Under the pieces are notes generated by a model, which was not told the DNA's origin, ran no database searches, and saw only the letters and a program-made list of their open reading frames with translations. This document shows, piece after piece, positions 39,302 to 49,520 of a DNA stretch of 64,000 bases. The stretch spans positions 480,001-544,000 of the forward strand of contig JBGANV010000001.1 in the NCBI GenBank assembly GCA_044222185.1. The letters run 5' to 3'. Position 1 is the first letter of the stretch, and the number at the start of each line of letters is the position of its first letter. The position numbers were made by a program, and so were the translations under genes. The DNA is from Planctomycetota bacterium. Its GTDB lineage: Bacteria; Planctomycetota; GCA-002687715; CAIWVZ01.

Positions 39302-41919
39302 CTCCACCACGCGCTCCGGATCATGGTCGGAGGACGACCCGAAAACGTCGGACCTCCGGAGAGAAGGACCAGGCGTCGGGCGTTCGGTGGCTGACGCGCA
39401 TCGGTGTCGGCGCCATGCTGTCGATCCTCGGGAGCATCACGTGGGGGCTCGCGGAAGTAGGACACGCCCGGCGCCGCGCGGAGTCCGCGAACCGTGCAGC
39501 GACGGTGCTCGGTCGTGATCTGGGTTATTGCCTCGATCATGCAGCCAGCGAGCTGAACGGGATGCTCGACCGCAGCCGGGAGCCGCGCGAGCCGGCAGGG
39601 TGGAGGATCGAACTCACGCGAGCGCTGGAGGAGCAGAAGAGGGCCTCGATGTCAGCCCCATTGGTTCTGGGGCTCGATCGGCTCTCGACCGAACTCGCGA
39701 CGGTTGGAGTGACCGTCGACCAACACTGCCGCGAGTGGGTGCGACGCCGGCAGCGCGTGACCGTCGAACTCGACGCCGCGGCGGCCCATGCGCGACGGAC
39801 GGCGTCCGAGATTCGACAGAAGCTTGCGCTGACGGCGGGGCAGCAGCGTCTGGCGCGGCTCGCGGAGTCCCGATCGGCGCTGGGCGCCGGTGATCGCGAG
39901 ACGATGGCGTTGGCGCGGTCGGTCCTGGCCGGGAAGGATCCGCTGAGGCAGATCGACTCCGTGAGCGTCGAGGTCGGCGAGCTGAGCCTTCTCATCGAGC
40001 GTTTGACGGCGGCGCGTGATTCCGACCAGTTGACCGATCTGAAGGACAACCTCATCGGGCCGTGCCTCGCGCGGTTGCGGCGAACCGCCGGCGGTCTTCC
40101 CGACGACTTGGGTCGCGCGCTCCGGGATCTCGTGACGGAAATCGAATCGGTGCTCTTTGGGAAGGCGTGCCTCATCGACTCTGCGCACCAGACCATCGTC
40201 TCGTCCGAAGGCGGTCTCTACACGCTGCAGGTGGAATCACTCGGTCTGGCGTCCGAAGCGGCGGCGCGGCGTCAGGAAGTGAACTTCTGGCTCGCCACGT
40301 TGACCGCAGAGCGCGCGCGATTGACGGACGCTGCGGATGCTCTCAGTCATGAGCTCGCCAGCGAGTCGGAGAGCCTGCTCGGCTGGGCGCTGGGAACCGT
40401 GCTCGTCGTTTCGCTGGCTGCGGCCGGAGCGTTCTTGAGCCATGGACGGAAGATCGCGCGGACGATCGCGGACCAGATGACTGCGATTCGCCGCACGACG
40501 GTCTCGCTGGAGCAAACCAACGCCGTGCTCGAGAAGGCGCGAAGCGCCGTCGACCTGCTGCATGCGACGGCAACCGCGTCCAACGAATCCGAGTCCGTCG
40601 CCGAAGCCCTTTCGCGCACACTCTCCGCGGTTTCGCAGTGGAACGGTTGGAGCGCGGCCCATGCCTACCTCGTGAAAGCGGACGAGGTCACGGAGACGGG
40701 GATCTGGTTCCAGGTCGTCGGTGGCAAATTCGACAGGCTCGCGAACGTGACGTCACAGACGGGCCTGCAGGACGATGTCCAGATCCCGATGGCAGTCGCG
40801 CGAACCGGGGTCCCCGTGCCACCTGGGGCGCTGCACGGGCGCGTCGCCAGCGGACGCGAGTCCGCGGCTCGCGCCGCCGGCTTGACCAACTGTGCCGCGT
40901 TCCCCGTGTCGTTGGCGGGGCGCGTCGTCGCGGTGCTCGAGTTCTTCGGCGGTCCGGACGTCGTCGCCCGTGAGGACACGGTTCAGCTCATGAGCAGCGT
41001 CGCGCACCACCTCGCCCAGGCTTTCGAGCGTGAGGAGGCCGCACGCGCGAAGGAAAGCACTGCGAAACAGCTCGCCGAACTCTCGCGTGAGGTCGGAAAG
41101 GCGGAGATCGCAACGGGCGTGCTCCACAACGTCGGGAACGTGCTGAACAGCGTGGGCGTCTCCGCGGCGCTGTTGTCCGAACGTGTCCATCGCTCGAAGG
41201 TCGAGGCGTTCCAGCGTGCCGCATCGATGCTGAGGGAGAACGATCGGCGACTTGCGGAGTACCTCACGACCGATCCCCGCGGCGCGAGCCTGCCGAGGTA
41301 TCTGGTGGAGCTCTCGCAGCGCCTCGCCCGCGAGCGCGATGAGATCATCGTCGAACTCAAGGATCTCTCGTCGAACGTGGAGCACATGAAACAGACGATC
41401 GCCATGCAGCAATCGTTCGGGAAACCGTGCGGCATGACGGAGCGGATGGCGATCCAGGACGTCATCGACGACGCCGTGCGGATCAACAGCACGAGCCTGC
41501 AACGTCATGGAATCATGGTCGTTTGCGAGACCGAGTTCTCTGACGCCGTGCGCGTGGACCGGCAGCGGATCCTGATGATCCTCGTCAACTTGATCAGCAA
41601 TGCGATCCACGCGGTGAGGAACGTGGATCTCTCCGAGCGCAAGATCGTCGTCCGAACGACGTGGACGACCGAGGGGAGGATCGCGGTTTCGGTGCGGGAC
41701 AACGGAGTGGGGATTCCCGCCGCGAACCTCAGCCGGATCTTCTCCCATGGGTTCTCCACGAGGAAGGATGGCCATGGCTTCGGCCTCCACAGCTCCGCAG
41801 TGACGGCTGGCGAGATGGGCGGGAGCCTTGGAGTCGAGAGTTCCGGCCCCGGCGAAGGCGCCACGTTCACGCTCACGCTGCCGGCATCCATCGTCGAACC
41901 CGCGGAGGTGAATGCGTGA
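39298..41919 (+). CDS. Membrane sensor histidine kinase (large helical periplasmic domain, GAF, HATPase)
   Basis: Two TMs; GAF (AFPV...VVAVLEF); H-box ATGVLHNVGN; NLISNA, DNGVGI, GHGFGL, GATF. Confidence 0.92.
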   Translation: MTPPRAPDHGRRTTRKRRTSGEKDQASGVRWLTRIGVGAMLSILGSITWGLAEVGHARRRAESANRAATVLGRDLGYCLDHAASELNGMLDRSREPREPAGWRIELTRALEEQKRASMSAPLVLGLDRLSTELATVGVTVDQHCREWVRRRQRVTVELDAAAAHARRTASEIRQKLALTAGQQRLARLAESRSALGAGDRETMALARSVLAGKDPLRQIDSVSVEVGELSLLIERLTAARDSDQLTDLKDNLIGPCLARLRRTAGGLPDDLGRALRDLVTEIESVLFGKACLIDSAHQTIVSSEGGLYTLQVESLGLASEAAARRQEVNFWLATLTAERARLTDAADALSHELASESESLLGWALGTVLVVSLAAAGAFLSHGRKIARTIADQMTAIRRTTVSLEQTNAVLEKARSAVDLLHATATASNESESVAEALSRTLSAVSQWNGWSAAHAYLVKADEVTETGIWFQVVGGKFDRLANVTSQTGLQDDVQIPMAVARTGVPVPPGALHGRVASGRESAARAAGLTNCAAFPVSLAGRVVAVLEFFGGPDVVAREDTVQLMSSVAHHLAQAFEREEAARAKESTAKQLAELSREVGKAEIATGVLHNVGNVLNSVGVSAALLSERVHRSKVEAFQRAASMLRENDRRLAEYLTTDPRGASLPRYLVELSQRLARERDEIIVELKDLSSNVEHMKQTIAMQQSFGKPCGMTERMAIQDVIDDAVRINSTSLQRHGIMVVCETEFSDAVRVDRQRILMILVNLISNAIHAVRNVDLSERKIVVRTTWTTEGRIAVSVRDNGVGIPAANLSRIFSHGFSTRKDGHGFGLHSSAVTAGEMGGSLGVESSGPGEGATFTLTLPASIVEPAEVNA

Positions 41920-43685
41920 CGACCGAAATCCTGAGTGCGCAGAACAATCGTGTTCTCGTCATCGACGACGCGGACGGGATTCACACCGATTTCCGGAAGA
42001 TCCTCGCCGCCACCAACGCCGACGATCTCGACGCGCTGGAAGCGAGCGTCTTCGGCGGACCCACTCCGGAGACGACGGCCGAGGAGCGGTTCGAGCTGGA
42101 CTCGGCGTTCCAGGGTCGGGAGGGCCTGGAGATGGTGATCGCGTCGGTCGCCGCCGGACGCCCGTACGCCGTCGCCTTCATCGACATGCGCATGCCACCC
42201 GGCTGGGATGGCCTCGAGACCATCGAGCGGTGCTGGCAGGTCGCCCCGGATCTGCAGGTCGTCATCTGCACCGCGCACTGCGACCACTCGTGGGACGAGA
42301 TCCGCCGGCGCGTGGGAAACGCGGATCGCCTGCTCATCCTGAAGAAGCCGTTCGATACCGTCGAGGTTCGCCAGCTCGCGACCGCACTGACGCGAAAATG
42401 GAACCTCGCTGCGGCGCTCCATCGGCAGCTCGAAGCCTCCGAGGTCGCGGTCGTCGAGCGGACCCGAGAACTGGAACAGGCGCGGCGCCAGCTGCACGAG
42501 GTCATCCAATCGACGCCCTCATTCATGATCGCCGTCGACGCGACCGGCGTCGTGATCGAGTGGAATCGTGCCGCCGAGGAGATCTTCGGTACGACGACGG
42601 CCGATGCCGTTGGCCATACCCTGGACTCCACGGGCATCTGCTGGGACTGGGACCTCATGAGCGCCCGGATTGCGGGTGCGCGCGACTGCCCTGCTCCAGT
42701 ACGCCTGAGCTCGATCCACTTTCGACGACGAAGCGGTGAGGCCGGGCTTCTCGCCGTTTCGCTGAGTTCGTTCGCCACGGATCGGGGGCGAACACTCCTG
42801 ATCACGGGCGAGGACGTCACGGAGGCCGATCTCCTCGCGCGGCAACTGGCGCAGGCCCAGAAACTGGAATCGATCGGCCAGCTGGCGGCGGGCATCGCTC
42901 ACGAGATCAACACGCCGATCCAGTTCATCGGTGACAACGTGCGGTTCCTCCAGACCGCGTTCAAACAGATCCTCGATTTCGATGCGAGCGTTCGATCCGC
43001 CATCGCGTCGAGCGGGACTCCCGATCTGGCTGCCGCCGTCGCCGCCGCCCGCGCCGCCGCCGACCTCGACTACGTCGGCGAGGAGGTGCCGACGGCACTC
43101 GTCCAGACCCTGGACGGCGTCGAACGGGTCGCCCGGATCGTGCTCGCAATGAAGCGGTTCTCACACCCCGGGTCGAACGACATCGCCAGAGTCGACATCA
43201 ACGAAGCCATCCGCAACACCATCGTCGTCGCGGCCAACCGATGGAAGTACGTCGCCGATCTTCGCACCGAGCTCCAGCCGGACCTGCCTGCGGTTGCGTG
43301 CCAGGGAGGTGAGATCAACCAGGTGCTCTTGAATCTGCTGATCAACGCCAGCGACGCGATCACCGACGCCAAGGTCGCCGATCCTGAGCGCGACGGCCGA
43401 ATCCTCGTCTCGACGGCGCAGTTCGCTGATCAGGTGGAGATCAGCGTCAGCGACAACGGCTGTGGGATCCCTGAACACGTTCGGTCGCACATGTTCGACC
43501 CGTTCTTCACGACGAAGGCGCCTGGACGCGGGACGGGACAGGGACTCGCGATCGCTCACTCCGTGATCGTGAAGAAGCACCAGGGGTCCATCCGCTTCGA
43601 AACGAAGGTCGACGTGGGTACGACGTTCGTCGTCCGCCTTCCGATCGCCGGGCCCAAGGGCGACGCCTCGCGGGAACCGACATGA
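41916..43685 (+). CDS. Hybrid histidine kinase REC-PAS-HisKA-HATPase
   Basis: [22 protein letters not shown]; PAS ([10 protein letters not shown]); [10 protein letters not shown]; [18 protein letters not shown]-coupled. Confidence 0.93.
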   Translation: MTTEILSAQNNRVLVIDDADGIHTDFRKILAATNADDLDALEASVFGGPTPETTAEERFELDSAFQGREGLEMVIASVAAGRPYAVAFIDMRMPPGWDGLETIERCWQVAPDLQVVICTAHCDHSWDEIRRRVGNADRLLILKKPFDTVEVRQLATALTRKWNLAAALHRQLEASEVAVVERTRELEQARRQLHEVIQSTPSFMIAVDATGVVIEWNRAAEEIFGTTTADAVGHTLDSTGICWDWDLMSARIAGARDCPAPVRLSSIHFRRRSGEAGLLAVSLSSFATDRGRTLLITGEDVTEADLLARQLAQAQKLESIGQLAAGIAHEINTPIQFIGDNVRFLQTAFKQILDFDASVRSAIASSGTPDLAAAVAAARAAADLDYVGEEVPTALVQTLDGVERVARIVLAMKRFSHPGSNDIARVDINEAIRNTIVVAANRWKYVADLRTELQPDLPAVACQGGEINQVLLNLLINASDAITDAKVADPERDGRILVSTAQFADQVEISVSDNGCGIPEHVRSHMFDPFFTTKAPGRGTGQGLAIAHSVIVKKHQGSIRFETKVDVGTTFVVRLPIAGPKGDASREPT

Positions 43686-43926
43686 CCGCCTCTCGACGGG
43701 CCGTCGATGCCAGGTTTTCGGTCTCATCTTGGGACTCACGTCGCGCGCGAGGCCACCTCCGCCTCAGGATCAAGGACGACTCGATTCGAGTCCGAAGTTG
43801 GAGTTGCACGTCGCGCGTCGAGGTCTCCGGATTGACCCGGGACCGCATCCGTCCGGATTTCAGGCGACGTGCGAGGCACTGGCTCCGTGGACGCACCGTC
43901 TCGCGGCGCCGTGGGTGGATTGAGTG

Positions 43927-45039
43927 ATGATCGAGTCTTCGAATCCGACCGTGCTGCTCGTTGACGACGAGGAAGCCGTTACGTCGTCGCTCAAGCGTGC
44001 CCTCTACAAGCACCGTTTCCGGATCTTCACTGCCGGCTCGGCCGCTGAAGGAATGGCTCGCCTCTCGTCGACGAAAATCGACGCGATCGTGTCCGATCAC
44101 CTGATGCCGGGGACCACAGGCGTGCGCTTCCTCGCCGAGGCCATGGCCGCGCACCCAGACACCGTTCGGATCATCCTCTCAGGCCATGCCGACGTGCGCG
44201 TCGCGCTCGATGCGATCAACGAGGCGCGCGTGTTCCGCTTTCTCACGAAACCGTGCTCGGTCGAGACGCTTGCATTGGCGGTGGCTGAGGGCCTCGACGC
44301 GCGCGAGCGCCACGGGAGCGCCGTGACGTGCGATCGGGCGGTGAGCGCCAGCACCCGCACGGAACTGGACCGCGCGTTGGACGACGCGATTCAGTCCCTC
44401 TGGCTTGCAATGGACCCCATCGTCTCGACGCGGGACTCGCGGTTGTTCGGGTATGAGGCGAAGGCCCACAGTGCTCACGAGCGGCTCTCCACCTTCGCCG
44501 GCCTGCACAGCGCCGCACGGCAGCTCGGACGATGCGCCGACCTCGACCGCGCCGTCTTCGCGGCGATCGTCGAGCGGATCTCGGCTGCGCCGGCCTCGAT
44601 ACAAATCCTCACCGAGCTGCGACCGGAGTCGTTCCAGAGCCCGGAGCTCACCAGTCCACAATCGCCGCTCCTGCCAATCGCCGATCGGATCGTGTTCGAG
44701 GTCGGCGATCACGACGCGTTTCAGTCGCTCCCGGATGCAAAGGAGCGTATGCAGGCGCTCAGGGCCTGCGGATACCGTTTCGCCGTCGACGAGATGGGAT
44801 CGGGAACTCCCGCGCTGACCAGCCTCGCGACCCTCAGGCCGGAGTTCGTGAAGTTCGACCCGGAGTTCGTGCGCAACATCGAGCGAGACGAGGTGGACGG
44901 CGAGATCATGCGATCCGTGGTGCGCGCGTGCGCGGAGCTAGGGATCGTGACGATCGCGGAAGGTGCAGACACGGGACCGCGACTGCTCGCCGTCACGGAC
45001 TGCCGGTGTGACCTCTTCCAGGGCTCGCGCATCGGGTGA
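43927..45039 (+). CDS. Response regulator REC + degenerate EAL domain
   Basis: LLVDDE, SDHLMPG, FLTKPC; EAL-like GYEAK, VFEV, AVDEMGSG, FVKFD, IAEGAD, DLFQG. Confidence 0.85.
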   Translation: MIESSNPTVLLVDDEEAVTSSLKRALYKHRFRIFTAGSAAEGMARLSSTKIDAIVSDHLMPGTTGVRFLAEAMAAHPDTVRIILSGHADVRVALDAINEARVFRFLTKPCSVETLALAVAEGLDARERHGSAVTCDRAVSASTRTELDRALDDAIQSLWLAMDPIVSTRDSRLFGYEAKAHSAHERLSTFAGLHSAARQLGRCADLDRAVFAAIVERISAAPASIQILTELRPESFQSPELTSPQSPLLPIADRIVFEVGDHDAFQSLPDAKERMQALRACGYRFAVDEMGSGTPALTSLATLRPEFVKFDPEFVRNIERDEVDGEIMRSVVRACAELGIVTIAEGADTGPRLLAVTDCRCDLFQGSRIG

Positions 45040-45079
45040 CGCGCACTGACACGGGGCCTCGTCGAGAAGGGCCGATGCG

Positions 45080-45766
45080 TCAGAAGTGGTTCAGGAGCTC
45101 CGCGAACGACCCGATCTGCAGATCCGGCGCGCGTACGAACTCGGCGCGCTCGAAGTCCCAGATCGTGCGGTGGGGGACGAAGACCGTCTTCAGTCCCACC
45201 GTTGCGGCCGGGTTCATGTCCGACTTCGGCGAGTTGCCGATCATCCAGGTCCGGTGCGCATCGAAACCGTGGCGGCCTCGGAGGGCCGTGAAGGTGTCGG
45301 GGTTCTTCTCGGGGAGGATCTCCCATCCGCAGAAGTAGGACTGGATCCCGGAGCGCTGGATCTTGCTCAGCTGTTCGCCGTGGTCGCCCTTCGTGACGAT
45401 CCACAGGTCGTGGCGTAGCGACAGCTCCTGGAGTGTTTCGACGACCCCAGGAAGCACCTCGATCGGGTGTTCGTAGATCGCGCGGCCCAGGGCCTCGATC
45501 GTCTGGCGCGTCTCCGCGGGAAGGGGCCCGAGAAGCAGCTCGTAGGTCTGGCAGAGCGAGATGGCGTAGTTGAGGGATCCGTAGCCGGCCGTCTTCGTTC
45601 GGATCGCTTCGACCTCGCGCAGCTTCTTCTCGGCTGCCAGTCGCGACTCGCCCTTTGCCTCGACGATGTCGAGGAACCCGACGAGGGCATCGAGGAAGTA
45701 CCCGTTGTTCTCCCAGAGCGTGTCGTCGGCGTCGCACAGGAGGATCTGGCGGTCGAGGCGCGGCAT
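45080..45766 (-). CDS. HAD-superfamily hydrolase
   Basis: Motif I DADDTLWEN, TKGD, EK, MIGNSPKSD. Confidence 0.9.
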   Translation of the reverse strand: MPRLDRQILLCDADDTLWENNGYFLDALVGFLDIVEAKGESRLAAEKKLREVEAIRTKTAGYGSLNYAISLCQTYELLLGPLPAETRQTIEALGRAIYEHPIEVLPGVVETLQELSLRHDLWIVTKGDHGEQLSKIQRSGIQSYFCGWEILPEKNPDTFTALRGRHGFDAHRTWMIGNSPKSDMNPAATVGLKTVFVPHRTIWDFERAEFVRAPDLQIGSFAELLNHF

Positions 45767-45878
45767 CGAGGGGTGGGGATGGTCCGGGAGGTTCACGGCG
45801 TCTTCAAGAAGTCGGCAGGAATCCCGTCCTTCGTTGAGCCTTTTCTTCGCCGCCCGTAACGTGCCGCCCACTCGACCC

Positions 45879-46982
45879 ATGAAACCGAAGACGACGAAGA
45901 AGCCCCGTGTCCGCCCCATCGACCCGCAGCCGCTCACCGGCGGCGAGTCCACACGCCAGCTCCTCGAAGGGTCCTTCCCGGCCTATGCGGGCCGGGGGAT
46001 GCGTGAGGCGCACCGACTCATGCGGCAGAGCCTCGTCGAGAATCACACCGTGTTCCTCACGGTGAGCGGCGCCATGACCCCCGCTGGGTTGCATCAGTCG
46101 TCGCTCATCCCCTTGATCGAATCGGGCGCCGTCTCGTGCCTCACGACCACGGGAGCCAATCTCTACCACGATCTGCATAGGACCCTCGGCTACGTCGTTC
46201 ACGAAGTCAACCCCTTCGGGGACGACCGCGAGTACCGCCGCCAGAGCGTCATCCGCATCTACGACGTCGGTTTCGACGAGAGCGTGCTCCTCAATACGGA
46301 CGAGTTCTTCTGCCGTGTGCTGCAGACGAAGCCGTTTCAACGGCCCATGACCACCCCCGAGCTCCACTACGAGTTGGGCCGCGTCGTCGCCGCCATCGAG
46401 GACGAGCGCAAGATCCCGCGGCCGTCGCTTCTCGCGACCTGCTTCCGCAACGACGTCCCGATCTTCGTGGGTGCGCCCCAGGACGGCAGCATCTTCCTGA
46501 ACGTCGTTCGCTTGTCGAAAGAGCGGAAGAAGAACTTCAAGTTCCGGCTGGACGTGGCCCGGGACGTCTATTTGATGTCAGCCGTTCAGCATTTCTCCCG
46601 GCAGAACGATGGGCAGGCCAGCATCTGGATCTTCGGCGGCGGCGTCCCGAAGAACTACACGCTCCAAGGCGAGCCTCTCCTGTCGCAGATCCTCGGGGTG
46701 GACGCGCGAGGGTTCGACATCGACGTTCAGGTTTGCGTGGACGTCTCGGACAACGGCGCGCTTTCGTCGTGCTCCGCGGGCGAGGGGCACACGTGGGGCA
46801 AGACGTCGGCCGAATGCGTCGAGACACGGAGCGTGTATCTGCGGACGGACGTCACGGTCGCCGTGCCGATCCTCACGCATGCGATCCTGTCGGACGCCAC
46901 GCTTCGACGTGAGCCCAAGCGGCTCTACCGGTCGCTCGGCAGGGCCGAGAAACTGCTCGACGGCGCCTGGGATCGGGGCTGA
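45879..46982 (+). CDS. Deoxyhypusine synthase-like protein (probable homospermidine/polyamine synthase)
   Basis: SGAMTPAG, TTGANLYHD, RIYD, P.DGSI, GGGVPKN, G.LS....EGHTWGK (catalytic Lys retained). Upstream TTGAGC-N17-TAACGT. Confidence 0.88.
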   Translation: MKPKTTKKPRVRPIDPQPLTGGESTRQLLEGSFPAYAGRGMREAHRLMRQSLVENHTVFLTVSGAMTPAGLHQSSLIPLIESGAVSCLTTTGANLYHDLHRTLGYVVHEVNPFGDDREYRRQSVIRIYDVGFDESVLLNTDEFFCRVLQTKPFQRPMTTPELHYELGRVVAAIEDERKIPRPSLLATCFRNDVPIFVGAPQDGSIFLNVVRLSKERKKNFKFRLDVARDVYLMSAVQHFSRQNDGQASIWIFGGGVPKNYTLQGEPLLSQILGVDARGFDIDVQVCVDVSDNGALSSCSAGEGHTWGKTSAECVETRSVYLRTDVTVAVPILTHAILSDATLRREPKRLYRSLGRAEKLLDGAWDRG

Positions 46983-46994
46983 CCCGAACCGGCA

Positions 46995-47645
46995 TCAAGC
47001 CTTCGCCGCAGCCTCCGCGCGCCGCGCGCGAAGCACTTCGATCACGGCCGGCAGGATCGAGATGACGATGATCGCGATGATCACGTACTGGAAGTTCTTC
47101 TTCACGACCTCCAGGTTGCCGAAGAAGTAGCCAGCGAACGTCAGGAGGATGACCCAGACGGCGCCGCCGCCGACGTTGAAGAGCGCGAACCGCGAGTAGC
47201 GCATGGTGCCGATCCCGGCGACGAACGGTGCGAAGGTGCGGATGATCGGAACGAAGCGCGCGATGATGATCGTCTTGCCGCCGTACTTCTCGTAGAAAGC
47301 CTGCGCCTTCAAGAGGTGCGCCTTGTTGAGCCAGCGCGAATCCGACCGGCTGAACACCTTGGGTCCGACTCTCTTGCCGATGGCGTAGTTCACGGCATCG
47401 CCGATCACGGCGGCGACCCACATCAGCAGGCAAACGAGCCAGACGTTGATCGGGGATCCGTCGGCGGCGGCCAGCGCCCCGACGGCGAACAGCAGGGAAT
47501 CGCCCGGTAGGAACGGCAGGATGACGAGCCCGGTCTCCGCGAAGATGATGGCGAAGAGCAGGACGTAGAGCCACGGGCCCATGTACTCGGCGAGGTTGGT
47601 GAGCTCTTTGTCGAGGTGGAAGAAGATCTCGATCAATCGTTGCAT
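46995..47645 (-). CDS. dedA: DedA-family membrane protein
   Basis: FAETGL...FLPGDSLLF, GD.VNY.IG, ARFVPIIRTFAPFVAG. Confidence 0.95.
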   Translation of the reverse strand: MQRLIEIFFHLDKELTNLAEYMGPWLYVLLFAIIFAETGLVILPFLPGDSLLFAVGALAAADGSPINVWLVCLLMWVAAVIGDAVNYAIGKRVGPKVFSRSDSRWLNKAHLLKAQAFYEKYGGKTIIIARFVPIIRTFAPFVAGIGTMRYSRFALFNVGGGAVWVILLTFAGYFFGNLEVVKKNFQYVIIAIIVISILPAVIEVLRARRAEAAAKA

Positions 47646-47679
47646 CGGTGGGGAATCCCGCAGGGGTGGGGCGATGACG

Positions 47680-49461
47680 TCACGGCGCGCGCCGGACGGT
47701 GAAGTCCTGGGCCTCCAATTCGATGTTGCCCGGACCGCGGTACTTATCGAACTTCAGACGATAGGCGAGTGAGATGCGCACCATCGGCCCGATCAATTCC
47801 GGCAGACGGGGCCCCTGGTTCCAGGCCACGACGCGATAGGCGGCCTCGCCGTCGGTGGCGTGAAAGCTCAGGTGGACTCCGCCGACTCCCATGGATGTCG
47901 GGTTGCCGGCGATCCGCAGGTCGTGGGCACAAAAAAGCGGCGTCGGGTTCCCGCTCCCATGCGGGGCGAGCAGCTCGAGCTCCTCGATGAACGCCGGCCG
48001 AATCCGGCCGAGGGGCAGCTCGCAGTCGATATCCAGCGTTCGTGCCAACGGTCGGGCCGCGATCATCGCTTGGGCCGAGGCCCGAAGTCTCGCCTGGAAC
48101 CGCGGGAATTCGGACTCCGTGACCGTGCAACCTGCGGCGCCCGCGTGGCCGCCAAACGACACGAGATGCTCGGCGCACTGGGCGAGGAGGTCACGCAAGT
48201 GGATTCCGGCCGGAGCTCGGGCGGAGCCCCGACCCTTGTCGCCGTTCAAGGCCACCAGGATCACGGGGAGCTGGTAGCGGTCGACCAGGCGGGAGCAGAC
48301 GACTCCGATCACGCCAGGGTGCCAATCGGTCGAACCGAGGCAGATGGCGTCGCAAGCGCCCGGCGGGTCCTTCTTCAACATGCGCTCGGCGTCGAGGAGG
48401 ATCTCCTTCTCGATCTCCTGGCGCCTGGTGTTCGCTTGCTCGAGTTCGTCCGCGAGGCGCGATGCCCGTCCCGGATCGGCGGTCGTGAGCAGCTCCACGA
48501 CCTTCTCGGCCGTTCCCAGGCGACCTGCCGCATTGAGTCGCGGCCCGATCCGGAAACCCACGTGCATGGCCTGGATCGACTGGCCGTCGAGACGGCTCGT
48601 TCGCAGGAGGGCCTTGACGCCGGGCGTCCGGGACGCCGGCAGGGCACGCAACCCGTGGTAGCAGAGCACGCGGTTGTCGCCGGAGAGCTTCACGACGTCC
48701 GTGATCGTCGCCATGGCGACGAACGCCGTGGCGTCCACCAGGTAGTCGCGGAACTCCTGGCTGACCTTGGTGTCGTTCGAGAGCTTCTGCGCCGTCGCCC
48801 AGACGAGCTTGAACGCGACCGCCGCCCCGCAGAGGTCCTTGAACTTCGATGGGCATCCTGGGCGGCGGGGGTTGATGAGGGCGCAGACGTCGGGCGGCAG
48901 CGTCTCCGGCGGCTCGTGGTGGTCGGTGACGATCACGTCCACGCCGCCCTGCGCCAGCCTCGCGATGCCTTCATGGGCGCTCGTGCCGTGGTCCACGGTG
49001 ACGATGACCGATGGGCGGGGAGTGGCGGCGAGGAAGCCCGCGATGGCCGAGTCGTTGAAGGAGTACCCCTCCTTCGTGCGATCCGGGATGTACCAATCGA
49101 CGTCGGCGCCGGCGAGACGCAGGAAGTTCACGAGGACGACGGTCCCGACCATGCCGTCCACGTCGTAGTCGCCGTAGACGAGGACGCGTTCCTTCGATCG
49201 GATTGCGCGGGTCAGCCGTTCGGCGCCGCGCTGCATGTCCATGAGGGCGTCGGGTTCTTCCAGGTCCTTCAGCCGGGGTTGGATGTAGGTTCGTGCCGCC
49301 TCGCTGGTGGTGAATCCCCGGTTCGCGAGGAGGATCGCCATGAGGTGCGACACGTTCAGGTCCGACGCCAGTCGGGCGTCGACCTCCTGGTCCCGGGGGC
49401 GAAGCCGCCACTCGAGGATCGGGCGGCGCACCATTCTTGATTCGACTTCGACCCTGGTCAT
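47680..49461 (-). CDS. recJ: Single-stranded-DNA exonuclease RecJ
   Basis: YGDYDVDG, TVDHG, TDHH, GPRLNAAGRL, WHPGVIG, RGSAR, GGHAGAAG. Confidence 0.97.
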   Translation of the reverse strand: MTRVEVESRMVRRPILEWRLRPRDQEVDARLASDLNVSHLMAILLANRGFTTSEAARTYIQPRLKDLEEPDALMDMQRGAERLTRAIRSKERVLVYGDYDVDGMVGTVVLVNFLRLAGADVDWYIPDRTKEGYSFNDSAIAGFLAATPRPSVIVTVDHGTSAHEGIARLAQGGVDVIVTDHHEPPETLPPDVCALINPRRPGCPSKFKDLCGAAVAFKLVWATAQKLSNDTKVSQEFRDYLVDATAFVAMATITDVVKLSGDNRVLCYHGLRALPASRTPGVKALLRTSRLDGQSIQAMHVGFRIGPRLNAAGRLGTAEKVVELLTTADPGRASRLADELEQANTRRQEIEKEILLDAERMLKKDPPGACDAICLGSTDWHPGVIGVVCSRLVDRYQLPVILVALNGDKGRGSARAPAGIHLRDLLAQCAEHLVSFGGHAGAAGCTVTESEFPRFQARLRASAQAMIAARPLARTLDIDCELPLGRIRPAFIEELELLAPHGSGNPTPLFCAHDLRIAGNPTSMGVGGVHLSFHATDGEAAYRVVAWNQGPRLPELIGPMVRISLAYRLKFDKYRGPGNIELEAQDFTVRRAP

Positions 49462-49468
49462 GGCGGCG

Positions 49469-49511
49469 ATGGTAACAGACCCATCTCGCCGACTGCCCCG
49501 TCGGCTATCAT
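49469..49511. promoter_or_regulatory. Back-to-back leaderless-type promoters of recJ and selB
   Basis: Minus: TGT-TACCAT-N7-ATG (extended -10). Plus: TATCAT-N9-ATG. Confidence 0.45.
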
Positions 49512-49520
49512 CCGGCCCTC

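Noticed and set aside
43682-43927. 81-aa ORF ATGA-coupled to the hybrid kinase (and 64-aa alternative 43729..43923)
   Set aside because: Arg/Ser-rich, with no motif and atypical codon pattern. It cannot be supported as a gene, though a decayed remnant is not excluded.
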